From the NCBI GenBank assembly GCA_049685715.1, contig JBAVHJ010000751.1, positions 1 through 41,748 of the forward strand: DNA of 41,748 bases. Direction: 5' to 3'. Shown here piece by piece: positions 18,049-28,400 of this stretch. The stretch is from Terriglobia bacterium. Its GTDB lineage: Bacteria; Acidobacteriota; Terriglobia; JAIQFV01. The notes beneath the pieces were generated by a model. The model was not told the origin of the DNA and made no database searches. It saw only the letters and a program-made list of their open reading frames with translations. Numbering within the stretch: the first letter of the stretch is position 1; every line of letters starts with the position of its first letter. Position numbers and translations under genes: made by a program.

Positions 18049-19593
18049 ATGATTTCTGCGGATATCCTCGGAGAACGAGCTCGCCTCACCCCTGACAAAA
18101 CGGCGCTCGTGTATATTCCCACCCAGGAACGATTCACTTATCGGGAGCTGAACGACCGGGCAGTGCGCTGTGGCCGGATGTTGATAGAGGTGTGCGGTTT
18201 GGAAAAGGGGGATCGGATTGGCATTCTGGCCCATAATCGAGTTGAAATTCTGGAGGCATTCTTTGCCGCCGGTAAGACAGGACTTGTTTTGGTTCCGCTG
18301 AACTCACGCCTTACCCCTCACGAGCTTGAGTTCATCGTGCGGGACGCTGAATTGAGTGTCCTCCTCTATGGAGGCGAGTTTTCGGAGACGATTGGTACCC
18401 TCAGAGGAAGGTTAGCATTGAAACATTGGATCGCGCTCGACCAACCTCTCGACTCAGGCGATGCGAGTTACCCTCTGGCCATCGGGGCCTTACAGCCCTC
18501 CACTGGAGAGGGTCCCTCCTGTGATCCAGAAGACCTTTATTGCCTGCTTTACACGAGCGGCACCACGGGAAAACCCAAGGGGGTCATGATTCCACACCGC
18601 ATGGTGGCATGGAACGGGTACAACACGTCGATCTGTTGGGGCCTTCACGAGGACGATGTGGCTCCCATTTTTACCCCCCTGTATCACGCCGGAGGACTGG
18701 GTGTATTTCTCGTTCCAATCTTTGTGGCGGGCGGAACCATTGTCCTCCATCGCGGATTCGAGGCATCGGAGGTCTGGCGCACGATCGAGAAAGAGAAATG
18801 CACCGTTGTGTTCGGAGTGCCGACGATCTTCAAAATGTTGGTGGAAGCACCCGAGTTTGCCCGGGTGGATCTCACTCATATACGCTGGTTTATCAGTGGG
18901 GGGGCCCCATTGCCTCTCTACCTTATTGAGGCTTACCAGAATCGGGGCGTCGTCTTCAAACAGGGCTATGGCTTAACTGAGGTGGGTGTGAACTGCTTTT
19001 CGATGACGGTCGAAGAGTCGGTCAGGAAAGCAGGTTCCATTGGCAAGCCGATGATGTTGACTGAAGCGAGATTGGTTGATGCTCAAGGGATCGACGTACC
19101 AGAGGCTCAGGTGGGCGAGTTGCTGCTTCGGGGCCCGCATGTGAGTCAGGGGTATTGGAAAAATCCGGATGCCACTGCCATTGCACTCGACAAGAACGGC
19201 TGGTTTCATACCAGTGATCTGGCCCGGTGTGATGACGAGGGATTCTTCTACATCGCCGGCAGAAAGAAAGACATGATCATCAGTGGCGGGGTAAATGTCT
19301 ATCCTGCCGAGATCGAAGGGGAACTGCTGCTTCACCCGGGGGTCAAGGATGTTGCGGTGATAGGAGTACCGGATCCCACCTGGGGAGAAGTGAGCGTCGC
19401 ATTCCTCGTCGTCGGCGAGGGGGGCAACGTTTCCGGGGAAGAGCTTTCCCGCTTTCTCGCCAGCCGCCTGGCCAAATACAAAATCCCCAAACAATTCATC
19501 TCGATCGAAATGCTTCCTCGTACACCCTATGGTAAGGTTTTAAAATCCGAACTGAAGAAACAGTACCTTCAAGAGAGGACAGAAAAGTCCTAA
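18049..19593 (+). CDS. AMP-dependent synthetase/ligase (acyl-CoA ligase family)
   Basis: Contains the AMP-binding motif LLYTSGTTGKPKGVM, YGLTE, GWFHTSDLA...GRKKDMIISGG, and PRTPYGKVLKSEL. Confidence 0.9.
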   Translation: MISADILGERARLTPDKTALVYIPTQERFTYRELNDRAVRCGRMLIEVCGLEKGDRIGILAHNRVEILEAFFAAGKTGLVLVPLNSRLTPHELEFIVRDAELSVLLYGGEFSETIGTLRGRLALKHWIALDQPLDSGDASYPLAIGALQPSTGEGPSCDPEDLYCLLYTSGTTGKPKGVMIPHRMVAWNGYNTSICWGLHEDDVAPIFTPLYHAGGLGVFLVPIFVAGGTIVLHRGFEASEVWRTIEKEKCTVVFGVPTIFKMLVEAPEFARVDLTHIRWFISGGAPLPLYLIEAYQNRGVVFKQGYGLTEVGVNCFSMTVEESVRKAGSIGKPMMLTEARLVDAQGIDVPEAQVGELLLRGPHVSQGYWKNPDATAIALDKNGWFHTSDLARCDDEGFFYIAGRKKDMIISGGVNVYPAEIEGELLLHPGVKDVAVIGVPDPTWGEVSVAFLVVGEGGNVSGEELSRFLASRLAKYKIPKQFISIEMLPRTPYGKVLKSELKKQYLQERTEKS

Positions 19594-19732
19594 ATCGTTA
19601 TGAAGGCAAGCGTTAGGTGGACTGACGAATCAGGGTAAGGCTGCTGTGATAATTTCCGCTGATCTGTATTAAAATACACCCCAAGTAACAAGGCACTTTT
19701 CGAGATCGTTTAAACGAGGAAAGGAAGTCATC

Positions 19733-20941
19733 ATGTCAAAACCCATTTACATTGCATCATACCATCAATCCAAGTTCGGAAAGCTGATGGGCTTGACGGT
19801 TCCCGAGATCATTAAGAATGCTGTTGAGGGGGTGTGTAAGCCGATCGGAGCGGAAGCCACAATGTTGGATGTTGGCTCCATCGGAGCCGCCTGCAATTTT
19901 TCCCTGAACAAACAAGGGCTTTTGGCTGGTTTAATGGCCAGTGTTCCCGGGATGGAAGGGAAACCGATCGAAGCGGTTGAGAACGCCTGTGCCACCGGCG
20001 GTCAGGCGATTCTTTCAGTCATTCAAAAAATCCAGGTGGGCCTCGGTGAGGTGGGCATAGCTGTGGGATACGAGAAAATGCGCGATGCCGAGGGGAAAAT
20101 GGATGGCAAACTTATTGGGGAAGTCTTGGGCTACTTCTCCCATCCGGATGAACGGGAGGGAAAGGTGTTTATCTTTCCTCATATCTTTGCAGAAGTCATG
20201 CACTGTTACATGAAGGTGCACAATGTCAGTGAGGGGGCACTGGCGCAGATTGCCGTGACTGAATATGGAAATGCAAAGCACAATCCGTTTGCCCAGATGC
20301 AGAAGGTCCAGATTACACTGGAGCAGGCGATGAAAATTGAAGGGATCAACCGTTACGTGGTTGACGGGCTGCCGTTAAAGACCTATGACTGTTCTCAGAT
20401 TACAGACGGCTATGCGGCATTGATTCTGGCCACCGGCGAGGGGCTGAGGAAACTGGGTGTTCCCAAGTCGAGTTGCGTTGAAATCGCCGGATACGCGCAG
20501 GCCACGGACCCCCTGAAGAAAGAGGGCCGGGACGTCCTAAGGCCCGCGGGCGCTTTTGGGGCCATGCGAAAGGCTTACACCATGTCGCGGCTCAGTCCGG
20601 CAGACGTGAACGTGGCCGAAATTCATGATTGTTTCACAGTCATGGGCGCCATCGGAACCGAAGTGATTGGCAAAGCCGAATACGGGAAAGGCGCTCAGTA
20701 CTGGGTCGAAGGGAAGGCGAGAGTGGATGGGGAATGTGGGATCAACACGTCGGGTGGACTCATCGCCAAGGGGCATCCGGTCGGCGCCACCGGGATCGCG
20801 ATGGTCGGTTGGGCCGCGCAGCAACTCTTGGGCAAAGTCCCCCCAGAATTACAGGTCAAAAATGCTAAGGCCGCTGCGACATTCAACATTGGCGGACCCA
20901 TTTGTGCATCCGTGTGTACCGTCTTGAAACCGGCGGCGTGA
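19733..20941 (+). CDS. Thiolase-superfamily protein, SCP-x/archaeal-type thiolase-like
   Basis: Contains VENACATGG (nucleophilic Cys), EIHDCF and GHPVGATG, with a length of 402 aa. GAGGAAAGGAAG lies upstream of the ATG. Confidence 0.85.
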   Translation: MSKPIYIASYHQSKFGKLMGLTVPEIIKNAVEGVCKPIGAEATMLDVGSIGAACNFSLNKQGLLAGLMASVPGMEGKPIEAVENACATGGQAILSVIQKIQVGLGEVGIAVGYEKMRDAEGKMDGKLIGEVLGYFSHPDEREGKVFIFPHIFAEVMHCYMKVHNVSEGALAQIAVTEYGNAKHNPFAQMQKVQITLEQAMKIEGINRYVVDGLPLKTYDCSQITDGYAALILATGEGLRKLGVPKSSCVEIAGYAQATDPLKKEGRDVLRPAGAFGAMRKAYTMSRLSPADVNVAEIHDCFTVMGAIGTEVIGKAEYGKGAQYWVEGKARVDGECGINTSGGLIAKGHPVGATGIAMVGWAAQQLLGKVPPELQVKNAKAAATFNIGGPICASVCTVLKPAA

Positions 20942-21497
20942 TCGAGAGACCGGATAGATCGAAACCGACCCGACGGCCCATTTTGGGCGGGAGGGGGCCC
21001 CGATCATATTTCGTGGGGTGGGAGATCGCGGCAGCCATGCGCGCCCCGAACGAATTTCCCCATCTCAGTTCAGGGGGAAAAGGGGCATGCATGCCAGACT
21101 CACAGGGGTGCACATCCCGTTGTCCTCAAGGTGCAACGATCTTTCAATGCTTAGATGAGTGCAACGGTTCGGGCTTTGGAACGGGCTCGAAAAACGTGCA
21201 GTCGCCACACCGTTCGAGAGTCCAATCGACCTTCATTTTTGGATGGTCGCAGTGATGACGCGTATCGTGAAATGGCTCGTCCCGCTTCGGGGCTCCCGGT
21301 GCCGTGGAAAACCGACATGATTTGAGTTTTTTGATCAGCGTGTTCATAGTCTGTCTGCCTGTAACCTCTTCAGGAACATTATAAACCATTTTTGAATTCG
21401 GGATGAGCGGGAATCGACACTTTGATTGATTGCGGAGCGGAGCAATAAAACAATCTTGAACACCGGCTGGCGCTTGTAAGGGTCCGGGGGAAGGCCC

Positions 21498-22130
21498 ATG
21501 ACATCCATATACCCAATCTCAGGTTTCGTTCTGGCAGGGGGAAAGAGTTCCCGGATGGGTGAAGACAAGGCCCTCATTGAGATCGATGGACAGACTTTGG
21601 GGGCGCGGGCGGTGGGACTTTTGAAATTGGTATGCGAAGATAACACTTTGATAGGACCGAGGAACCGGTTCGCGAATCTGGGTTTGGATGTTGAGATCAT
21701 CGAAGACGCGGTGGAGCCCTGTGGCCCCTTGGGGGGAATCCTCACCGGGTTGCGTCATTCGAAACACGAATACGCCCTCTTTCTTGCCTGTGACTTGCCG
21801 TTCATGACCGAAAGATTTCTTCACTATCTCGCGGGCTCAGCCATGGCCGAGAAGCCGGACGTCGTGGTTCCCGTTGACGGTTCGGGGGAGTACGAGCCGC
21901 TCTGCGCGGTCTATTCCCGAACCTGCCTGCCCGCGATTGAATCCTCTCTTACGGCCCAGCAGTTCAAGGTGAGCTCGTTTTATGATTCCGTTCAGAAATT
22001 GCGGGTGATTGGTACCGGAGAGATCAGGCATTTTTCACCCGACTTCAGGATATTTACCAACGTCAATACACCCGAGGAATTACAGGGAGTGAGGAAGAGG
22101 GTCGAGTCAACCCCAAAACAATCGTCATGA
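21498..22130 (+). CDS. mobA: Molybdenum cofactor guanylyltransferase
   Basis: The N-terminal ISGFVLAGGKSSRMGEDKALIEIDG motif and the 210-aa length are typical of MobA. Confidence 0.8.
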   Translation: MTSIYPISGFVLAGGKSSRMGEDKALIEIDGQTLGARAVGLLKLVCEDNTLIGPRNRFANLGLDVEIIEDAVEPCGPLGGILTGLRHSKHEYALFLACDLPFMTERFLHYLAGSAMAEKPDVVVPVDGSGEYEPLCAVYSRTCLPAIESSLTAQQFKVSSFYDSVQKLRVIGTGEIRHFSPDFRIFTNVNTPEELQGVRKRVESTPKQSS

Positions 22131-22927
22131 GTGATTCTCCCGAAGCGATGTCAAGGGTCGAGGGCGACACGCCTTTCATCCAGTTTGAACACGTGTACAA
22201 GTCTTTCGACGAGAAGACGGTTCTCACGGATGTGTCCTTCGATCTTCGTAAGGGTGAAACCCTGGCCATCCTGGGACGCAGTGGCGTGGGTAAGAGCGTG
22301 ACCCTGATGCACATGGTCGGGTTCATGAAGCCCGATCGCGGGAAGATCTACGTCAAAGGCGAGAACATTGTGGAAATGGAAGAAAAGCAATTGTCGTCGT
22401 TGCGCCGGTGTACCTCGCTGGTGTTCCAGTCGGGGGGATTGTTCGATTCCCTGTCGGTTGCTGAAAACGTGACTTACGCCATAAACGAAAAGCATCCTCT
22501 GGGCGATGAGGAAACGCGGCGCGAGGCCATCCGGTTTCTAAGGATGATCGACCTGGAGGATCTCGTGGACCTTTACCCGAAGGATCTGTCCACCGGGCAT
22601 AAGCGATGTGTGGCCATCGCCCGTGCCCTAGCGGCTGACCCGGAAGCAATCCTTTATGACGAACCGACGACCATGGTCGACCCGATCCAGTCACAGCTCG
22701 TCGCCCGTTTGATTCAGCGCCTCCACGACCAATTCAAATTGACGGCGGTCGTGGTGACTCATGATCTGAAGTTGACGCGGAGGGTGGCAGACCGAGTCGT
22801 GCTTCTGGAGGAAGGTCGTGTCCACTTTTTCGGAGCGCGGGATGAGTTTTTTGCCTCAGAAGATCCGCTGGTTCATGAATTTGTAATGCGGGACCATGTG
22901 ATGGCCCTCGAGGTAAGCGCCCCTTAA
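22127..22927 (+). CDS. ABC transporter ATP-binding protein, MlaF/Ttg2A-like
   Basis: Walker A GRSGVGKS, signature LSTGHKRCVAIARAL, Walker B ILYDEPTT. The start overlaps the mobA stop (ATGA at 22127-22130). Confidence 0.85.
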   Translation: MSDSPEAMSRVEGDTPFIQFEHVYKSFDEKTVLTDVSFDLRKGETLAILGRSGVGKSVTLMHMVGFMKPDRGKIYVKGENIVEMEEKQLSSLRRCTSLVFQSGGLFDSLSVAENVTYAINEKHPLGDEETRREAIRFLRMIDLEDLVDLYPKDLSTGHKRCVAIARALAADPEAILYDEPTTMVDPIQSQLVARLIQRLHDQFKLTAVVVTHDLKLTRRVADRVVLLEEGRVHFFGARDEFFASEDPLVHEFVMRDHVMALEVSAP

Positions 22928-23038
22928 ACAGCGGCCACGGGGTTATCAACGCAAAAAAGAACAAGAATCAGAGGCGAATTCCATTAAGGCCTGGGCGTCT
23001 GAACGTCGAAATGAATCCCGTGTTTATCTGTGCCGATT

Positions 23039-24310
23039 CTACGGAATGGTCAGCCTCTCCACTTTTGCCCCCAATCCGGAAAGCTTTTCCTCAATCTGCT
23101 CATATCCACGGTCCAGGTGGTAGATTCGGTCGATGACCGTTTCCCCTTGGGCCGCAAGGGCTGCGAGTACTAGAGAAGCGGAAGCGCGAAGGTCGGAAGC
23201 AATCACATTGGCGCCGCTCAAGGGGGTCGGCCCGCGCACGATGGCCCGCCGGCCTTCGATGGAAATATCCGCCCCCATCCGGATGAGTTCAAATGCATGC
23301 AAGAAACGGTTTTCAAAGATCGTTTCGGTAATGATGGAACTCCCCTGGGCCTGCGTCATCAAGGCCATGAACTGAGCCTGCAGGTCAGTGGCAAATCCCG
23401 GATATTCGTAGGTGGTGAGATCGACGGCACGGATCGAAGCATGATTGCCATAGTGGATCGTGGTCGCATTGGGAATCTCGATTCGTAATCCCGCTTCAAT
23501 GAGCTTCCCGACCACGGAGGTCAAATGGGACGCATCGCAGCCTTTGATCGTCACATCCCCGCCGGTAATGGCGGCCGCAATCAGGAAGGTGCCCGCTTCA
23601 ATGCGGTCCGGAATAATCCGATGAGTGGCTCCGTGGAGCGAGTCGACCCCTTCAATGGTGATGGTGTCGGTGCCAGCGCCTTCAATCCGGGCCCCCATGG
23701 CGATCAACAATTTCGCAAGATCCACAATCTCGGGTTCCCGTGCGACATTCCGCAAGGTGGTCTTTCCCTTTGCCAGCGTTGCCGCCATTAAGATGTTTTC
23801 CGTGCCCGTGACCGTGATCTTGTCGAAGTAGATGTCGGCCCCGTGCAGGGACTCCGCCTTGGCGACCACATAACCGTGAGAAGTAGATATCTTCGCGCCT
23901 AATTTACGCAGCGCCTTGATGTGCAAATCAATGGGGCGGGCGCCGATGGCACACCCGCCGGGCAGCGAAACCCGGGCTTGACCAAAGCGGGCGACGAGCG
24001 GCCCCAAGACGAGGACGGAAGCCCGCATGGTTTTGACGAGATCGTACGGTGCCTCCAGGGCGGAAAGCCGTCCGGCACGGATGGAGCAGCAGTGGGTTTC
24101 CAGTTCTTCGCGGCTGGATATTTCAGCCCCCATGACCTCGAGAAGCTTGCGGAGGGTTCGAATGTCCCAAACGTGAGGCAAATTCTCCAGGCGCACCTCT
24201 TCCGGCGTAAGCAGTGCCGCCGCCAGGGCGGGAAGCGCTGCGTTCTTCGCCCCGCCAATCGTCACTTCGCCCCGAAGAGGAACACCGCCCCCAATGCGAA
24301 GCTGATCCAT
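23039..24310 (-). CDS. murA: UDP-N-acetylglucosamine 1-carboxyvinyltransferase
   Basis: 423 aa. The N-terminus is GGVPLRGEVTIGGAKNAALP, and the active-site loop LPGGCAIGARPIDLH is typical of MurA. Confidence 0.95.
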   Translation of the reverse strand: MDQLRIGGGVPLRGEVTIGGAKNAALPALAAALLTPEEVRLENLPHVWDIRTLRKLLEVMGAEISSREELETHCCSIRAGRLSALEAPYDLVKTMRASVLVLGPLVARFGQARVSLPGGCAIGARPIDLHIKALRKLGAKISTSHGYVVAKAESLHGADIYFDKITVTGTENILMAATLAKGKTTLRNVAREPEIVDLAKLLIAMGARIEGAGTDTITIEGVDSLHGATHRIIPDRIEAGTFLIAAAITGGDVTIKGCDASHLTSVVGKLIEAGLRIEIPNATTIHYGNHASIRAVDLTTYEYPGFATDLQAQFMALMTQAQGSSIITETIFENRFLHAFELIRMGADISIEGRRAIVRGPTPLSGANVIASDLRASASLVLAALAAQGETVIDRIYHLDRGYEQIEEKLSGLGAKVERLTIP

Positions 24311-24613
24311 GCTGATCGTAACCCCTTTCTGTCGCCGCGCGATGGTAACACAGCCGCTCCTTCACAGCAAAGATGCGTATCAGAGCGGTTTTGGCGCGAC
24401 GAGGGGCTGCCCAGGGTAGGCGGGGGCCCCACGGTCCCATCCTGCGGATGCCGGGAATGGGAGCAGTTCTATAGTAACTTTGAAAGACCCCGGGATCGAT
24501 GGACCAGGCGCCGCGGGTGAGTCTCTCCTCGTTAAGGCGCCTCCCCCGCTCCTTCCATTCAGATTCGTTCAGGTGGGATGGATTCGTCGCTTCTTCACAA
24601 TCTCAAAAAAGAC

Positions 24614-24661
24614 TTGACAAAATTCGTAAATATTATTAAAAAACAAACGTTCATTTTTGTT
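24614..24661 (+). promoter_or_regulatory. Candidate promoter plus operator-like inverted repeat upstream of the TetR gene
   Basis: TTGACA (24614-24619), a 17-nt spacer, then TAAAAA (24637-24642). The inverted repeat AACAAA-8 nt-TTTGTT (24642-24661) sits in an AT-rich block about 60 nt upstream of ATG 24723. Confidence 0.3.
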
Positions 24662-24722
24662 GGAATACATCCGAGATTGCCAGGTTTCATCCGGAGCATC
24701 AATCCAGTCCAGAGAGGGATGA

Positions 24723-25337
24723 ATGCCCAAGCTGCATCCCACCGTCATTAATGCGAATCGTGAAAAGATTGAGCGGGTCGCGTTGAGGCTGTTTTGCGCC
24801 CAGGGCTTCCATGGGACCTCCATGCGGCAGATCGCCCAGCAGTCCCGGGTGTCCCTTGGCAACATTTACAATTATTACAAGACGAAGGACGATCTGTTTA
24901 CCTCGATCGTCAATCACTTTGCGGTGGTGATGAACCGGGAGAGGCAAAAACTGCTCGAGTCCGTCCAGGATCCCTTCGACCCGCGCCAGATCGAGGGCAT
25001 GGCCCGGCTGATCCGGGACCTGGTTTACCAGTTTGGTGATTTTTGGTTGTTAATGTATGTGGATGTGACGGAGTTTGGAAACCGGCATTTCAAGAAGTTC
25101 TTTCCGGGGCTGACCGATCTGTTCAGGCGCCAATTCGGTAGGCAGTTTTCGAAACGGTCCGGAGCCCGAAGAAAGAAAGAAGTCGATCCCGCGGTAGTTT
25201 TTGCGGCGACATGGATGCAATTCTTCAATTACTTTCTCGTTGAGCGGCTGTTCCGTGGCTCCCATCATCTGGGGATGAGCGACGAGCAGGTGATCAAAAC
25301 GTTCTCGGATTTTTACCGTCGGCTGCAATGCCGTTGA
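24723..25337 (+). CDS. TetR/AcrR family transcriptional regulator
   Basis: The N-terminal HTH region is IERVALRLFCAQGFHGTSMRQIAQQSRVSLGNIYNYYKTKDDLF. Confidence 0.85.
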   Translation: MPKLHPTVINANREKIERVALRLFCAQGFHGTSMRQIAQQSRVSLGNIYNYYKTKDDLFTSIVNHFAVVMNRERQKLLESVQDPFDPRQIEGMARLIRDLVYQFGDFWLLMYVDVTEFGNRHFKKFFPGLTDLFRRQFGRQFSKRSGARRKKEVDPAVVFAATWMQFFNYFLVERLFRGSHHLGMSDEQVIKTFSDFYRRLQCR

Positions 25338-25431
25338 CGTGGGGCTGAGCACCGAGGTGTGTCGTACAAGAATGCTTAATGGTCAATTCTAGAAGGGCCG
25401 CTCCTCAAAGTGGTCTATTCAGGAGGATGTT

Positions 25432-28400
25432 ATGAAGATAAAGAGAATGATGATTTCCTGGCTGGCGGTGATGCTGGTCCTCGGCGGGCTTTCCGGCACA
25501 GCGCTCCGGGCGCAAGAAACCACGGGAACCTTGCGCGGGGTGGTCACCGACGCGACCGGCGCCGTAATTCCCGGGGTGACCGCCGTGCTGATCTCCGAAT
25601 CGGGCGAGCGGCGCACCCTGACCACGGATGCAACGGGAAACTACGTGGCCGCGTTGCTCCGTCCGGGAACTTACACGCTTGAGCTTTCGATGAAGGGATT
25701 CACCACCAAAAAGATCGAAGGAGTCAAGGTAGCTCTCACAGAAGTCCGTGACCTCGATGTGACCCTGGAAGTTTCGCAAACGCAGGAAACGGTCACCGTG
25801 ACGGCCAACGCGGACATCGTCCAGACCTCCACACCGACGGAGGGGCGTGTGATCGAAGAATCGACCATCCGACAGTTGCCCCTCCCGACCAGGAACTTTC
25901 AACAATTGCTGACACTTTCGCCGGGCACGGTGTCCTCGCTGTCCAACAACACGGATCTTGGCCGGGGGGATGTCACGATCTCGGTGAATGGTCAACGAAC
26001 CACGTCCAATGATGTCCGCATCAACGGGGTGGACGCCAACTCCATCGGGACCAACTCCACCCCCAACATCGCCACGCCCTCGACGGACTCGTTGCAGGAG
26101 TTCAAGGTTCAAACGAGTTTGTATGACGCCTCCGGAGGACGCAATTCCGGAGGGGCGGTGGCTGCCATCACCAAGTCCGGGACCAACGGGTTTCATGGGG
26201 ACCTGTACGAATTCTTCCGGAATCGCGTTCTCAACGCCAATGATTTCTTTCTAAACTCAGCTCACCAGCCCAAACCCATTCTGACAAGAAATCAATTTGG
26301 GGCGACCCTGGGCGGCCCCCTCAAGAAGGATCGCACCTTCTTTTTTGTGTCCTACCAGGGGACACGGGAACGAAATGGCGCCTCGCTTTCAAATTCGATC
26401 TCCTCGGCATTCATTGATCCCCATTTGACCGACAGCAACCGGTCGAAGGCCGGGCTGGCCACGGCCTTCGGTTTGCCGGCCGCCGCCATCAGTGACGTTT
26501 CGGTGGCGCTCTTGAATGCCAAGCTGCCCAATGGGCAGTTTGCGATCCCCTCGGCGTCCACCCCCAGCGGGGTGACCCCCATCTCGGCAGTCTCCCGGTT
26601 TCGTGAGGACCAGTTCAACATCAACCTGGATCACCGCCTGAGTGACCGCGACAGCCTTTCGGGAAAATTCTTTTTTGCGACAAACCCGACCTTCCAGGCG
26701 TTGTTTAGTTTTGCAGGGCTGTTCAATGCCAACCAACTGCCCGGCTTCGGCGGGAATCTGGAGAATGAACAGCGGTTGCTGAGTATTGATGAGACTCACA
26801 TCTTCAGTCCGACCCTGATCAATGTTTTTCGGTTCGGCTTCAGCCGTCTGAGGGTGACCTCAACACCGGAAGAGCCATTTACCAATGCCCAGTTCGGGAT
26901 CGCCAATCCGATCGCAAGCTTTTTCCCGGGAATGTCAACCATCGGCGTGGTGGGTCAATGGACGATTGGGTCGAACGCTTTTGCAGATCAATCCTCCCGC
27001 ATCAACATGTTTCAAATTGGAGATACCGTATCGCTCACCCATGGCCGGCATCAGATCCGAATCGGGGGTGAGGTGCGGCGCGCCCAGGTCAATTTCTTCT
27101 TTAATGCCTTTACGCGGGGCCAGATGAACTTTGCGTCGATGCCCGCCTTTCTTTTGGGAGCAGGGGTCGGCATCCTGGGTTCGGGGGTCAACAACCGGGC
27201 TTTGCGAACGCTCGATTGGAACGGATTCATTCAGGATGATTTCAAAGTCAGCGAACGTCTCACATTGAACTTCGGGCTTCGCTATGACCTGTACGGTGGG
27301 GCGAGTGACATCCATGGGCGTCTTGTAAACTTCATTCCGTCACAATTTGTGGGTGGCACCATTGCCTCCCCGGCGGGTCCGCCCAACGGATTTGTGCAGG
27401 CCGGCAATGCGGATCCCGGTTTGCCCGGAGTGCCCAAGGTGGACAATGCGCTGATTCCGAACGATAGGAACAACTTCGCTCCGCGATTTGGATTTGCCTG
27501 GCAGCCCTTTCGTGGCTCGCACCTGGCCATCCGAGGCGGCTATGGAATCTATTACGACCGGACTTCCACCCGCGTCTACAACACGTCGTTCCTCAACTAT
27601 CCTTATTACTCGGTGGCCATTGCCGTCGCCAAACCATTTTCCAACCCTTTCCCGGCGCTCCCCGTCCCCACCCAGTTTCCTGTCAGTCCGACCATCCCTT
27701 CCACCCTGCCAGGTTTCCCACCGCCGTTCCCAGCCGGAATTGCGGGTGTCTTCTACAACCCCGACTACCGCACCCCCTATGTGCAACAGTACAATTTAAA
27801 CATCCAGTGGGAACCCCTTAAGGACTACTTGCTGGAGGTGGGTTACGTGGGATCGAAGGGGACGAAGTTGCTTCAGGTCTTCAGTTTCAACCAGCCAATT
27901 TTCACATCGGCCCTGGCGCTTCCGGTGACTCCGTTTTCATGCGGATTGGCTGTTCCTTGCCTGTCCACCCAAAAGAATGTCACTGGCGGGGTTCAACAGG
28001 TCGAGTCCAGCGGTAATGCGCACTATGACTCCTTGCAAGTGAGTTTGACCAAGCGTTTCAGCCGTGGTCTGCAGTTCCTGGCGTCGTATACCTACGCCAA
28101 CTCCATCGATACCTATTCCGGCTCGGCGATCAACGAGGTATTCAACGCCCCGGGAGACCAGCGGAACCTGGGCTTGAACCGTGGGAAGTCGGATTTTATA
28201 AGGACGCAACGCTATGTGACCTCGCTGGTCTACGATCTGCCGGCCTTTGCCGATGAAGGGACGAAGGTGGGCAAGTATCTGGCGAACCACTGGCAGATTT
28301 CGTCGATCGTGACCTTGCAGTCCGGCCTTCCGTTTTCGGTGATTGAGTCGAACGGGACGTCGATCATTTCGCGGGCGAATTTCGCGCCGGGGGGAACGGC

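Noticed and set aside
16022-20941. Interpreting the SDR / KAS III-like / AMP-ligase set as an OleABCD-type olefin/beta-lactone pathway.
   Set aside because: There is no OleB-type alpha/beta hydrolase in the cluster. The SDR is a 260-aa FabG-type enzyme, not the larger OleD type. OleA enzymes retain the His/Asn residues that this KAS III-like protein lacks.
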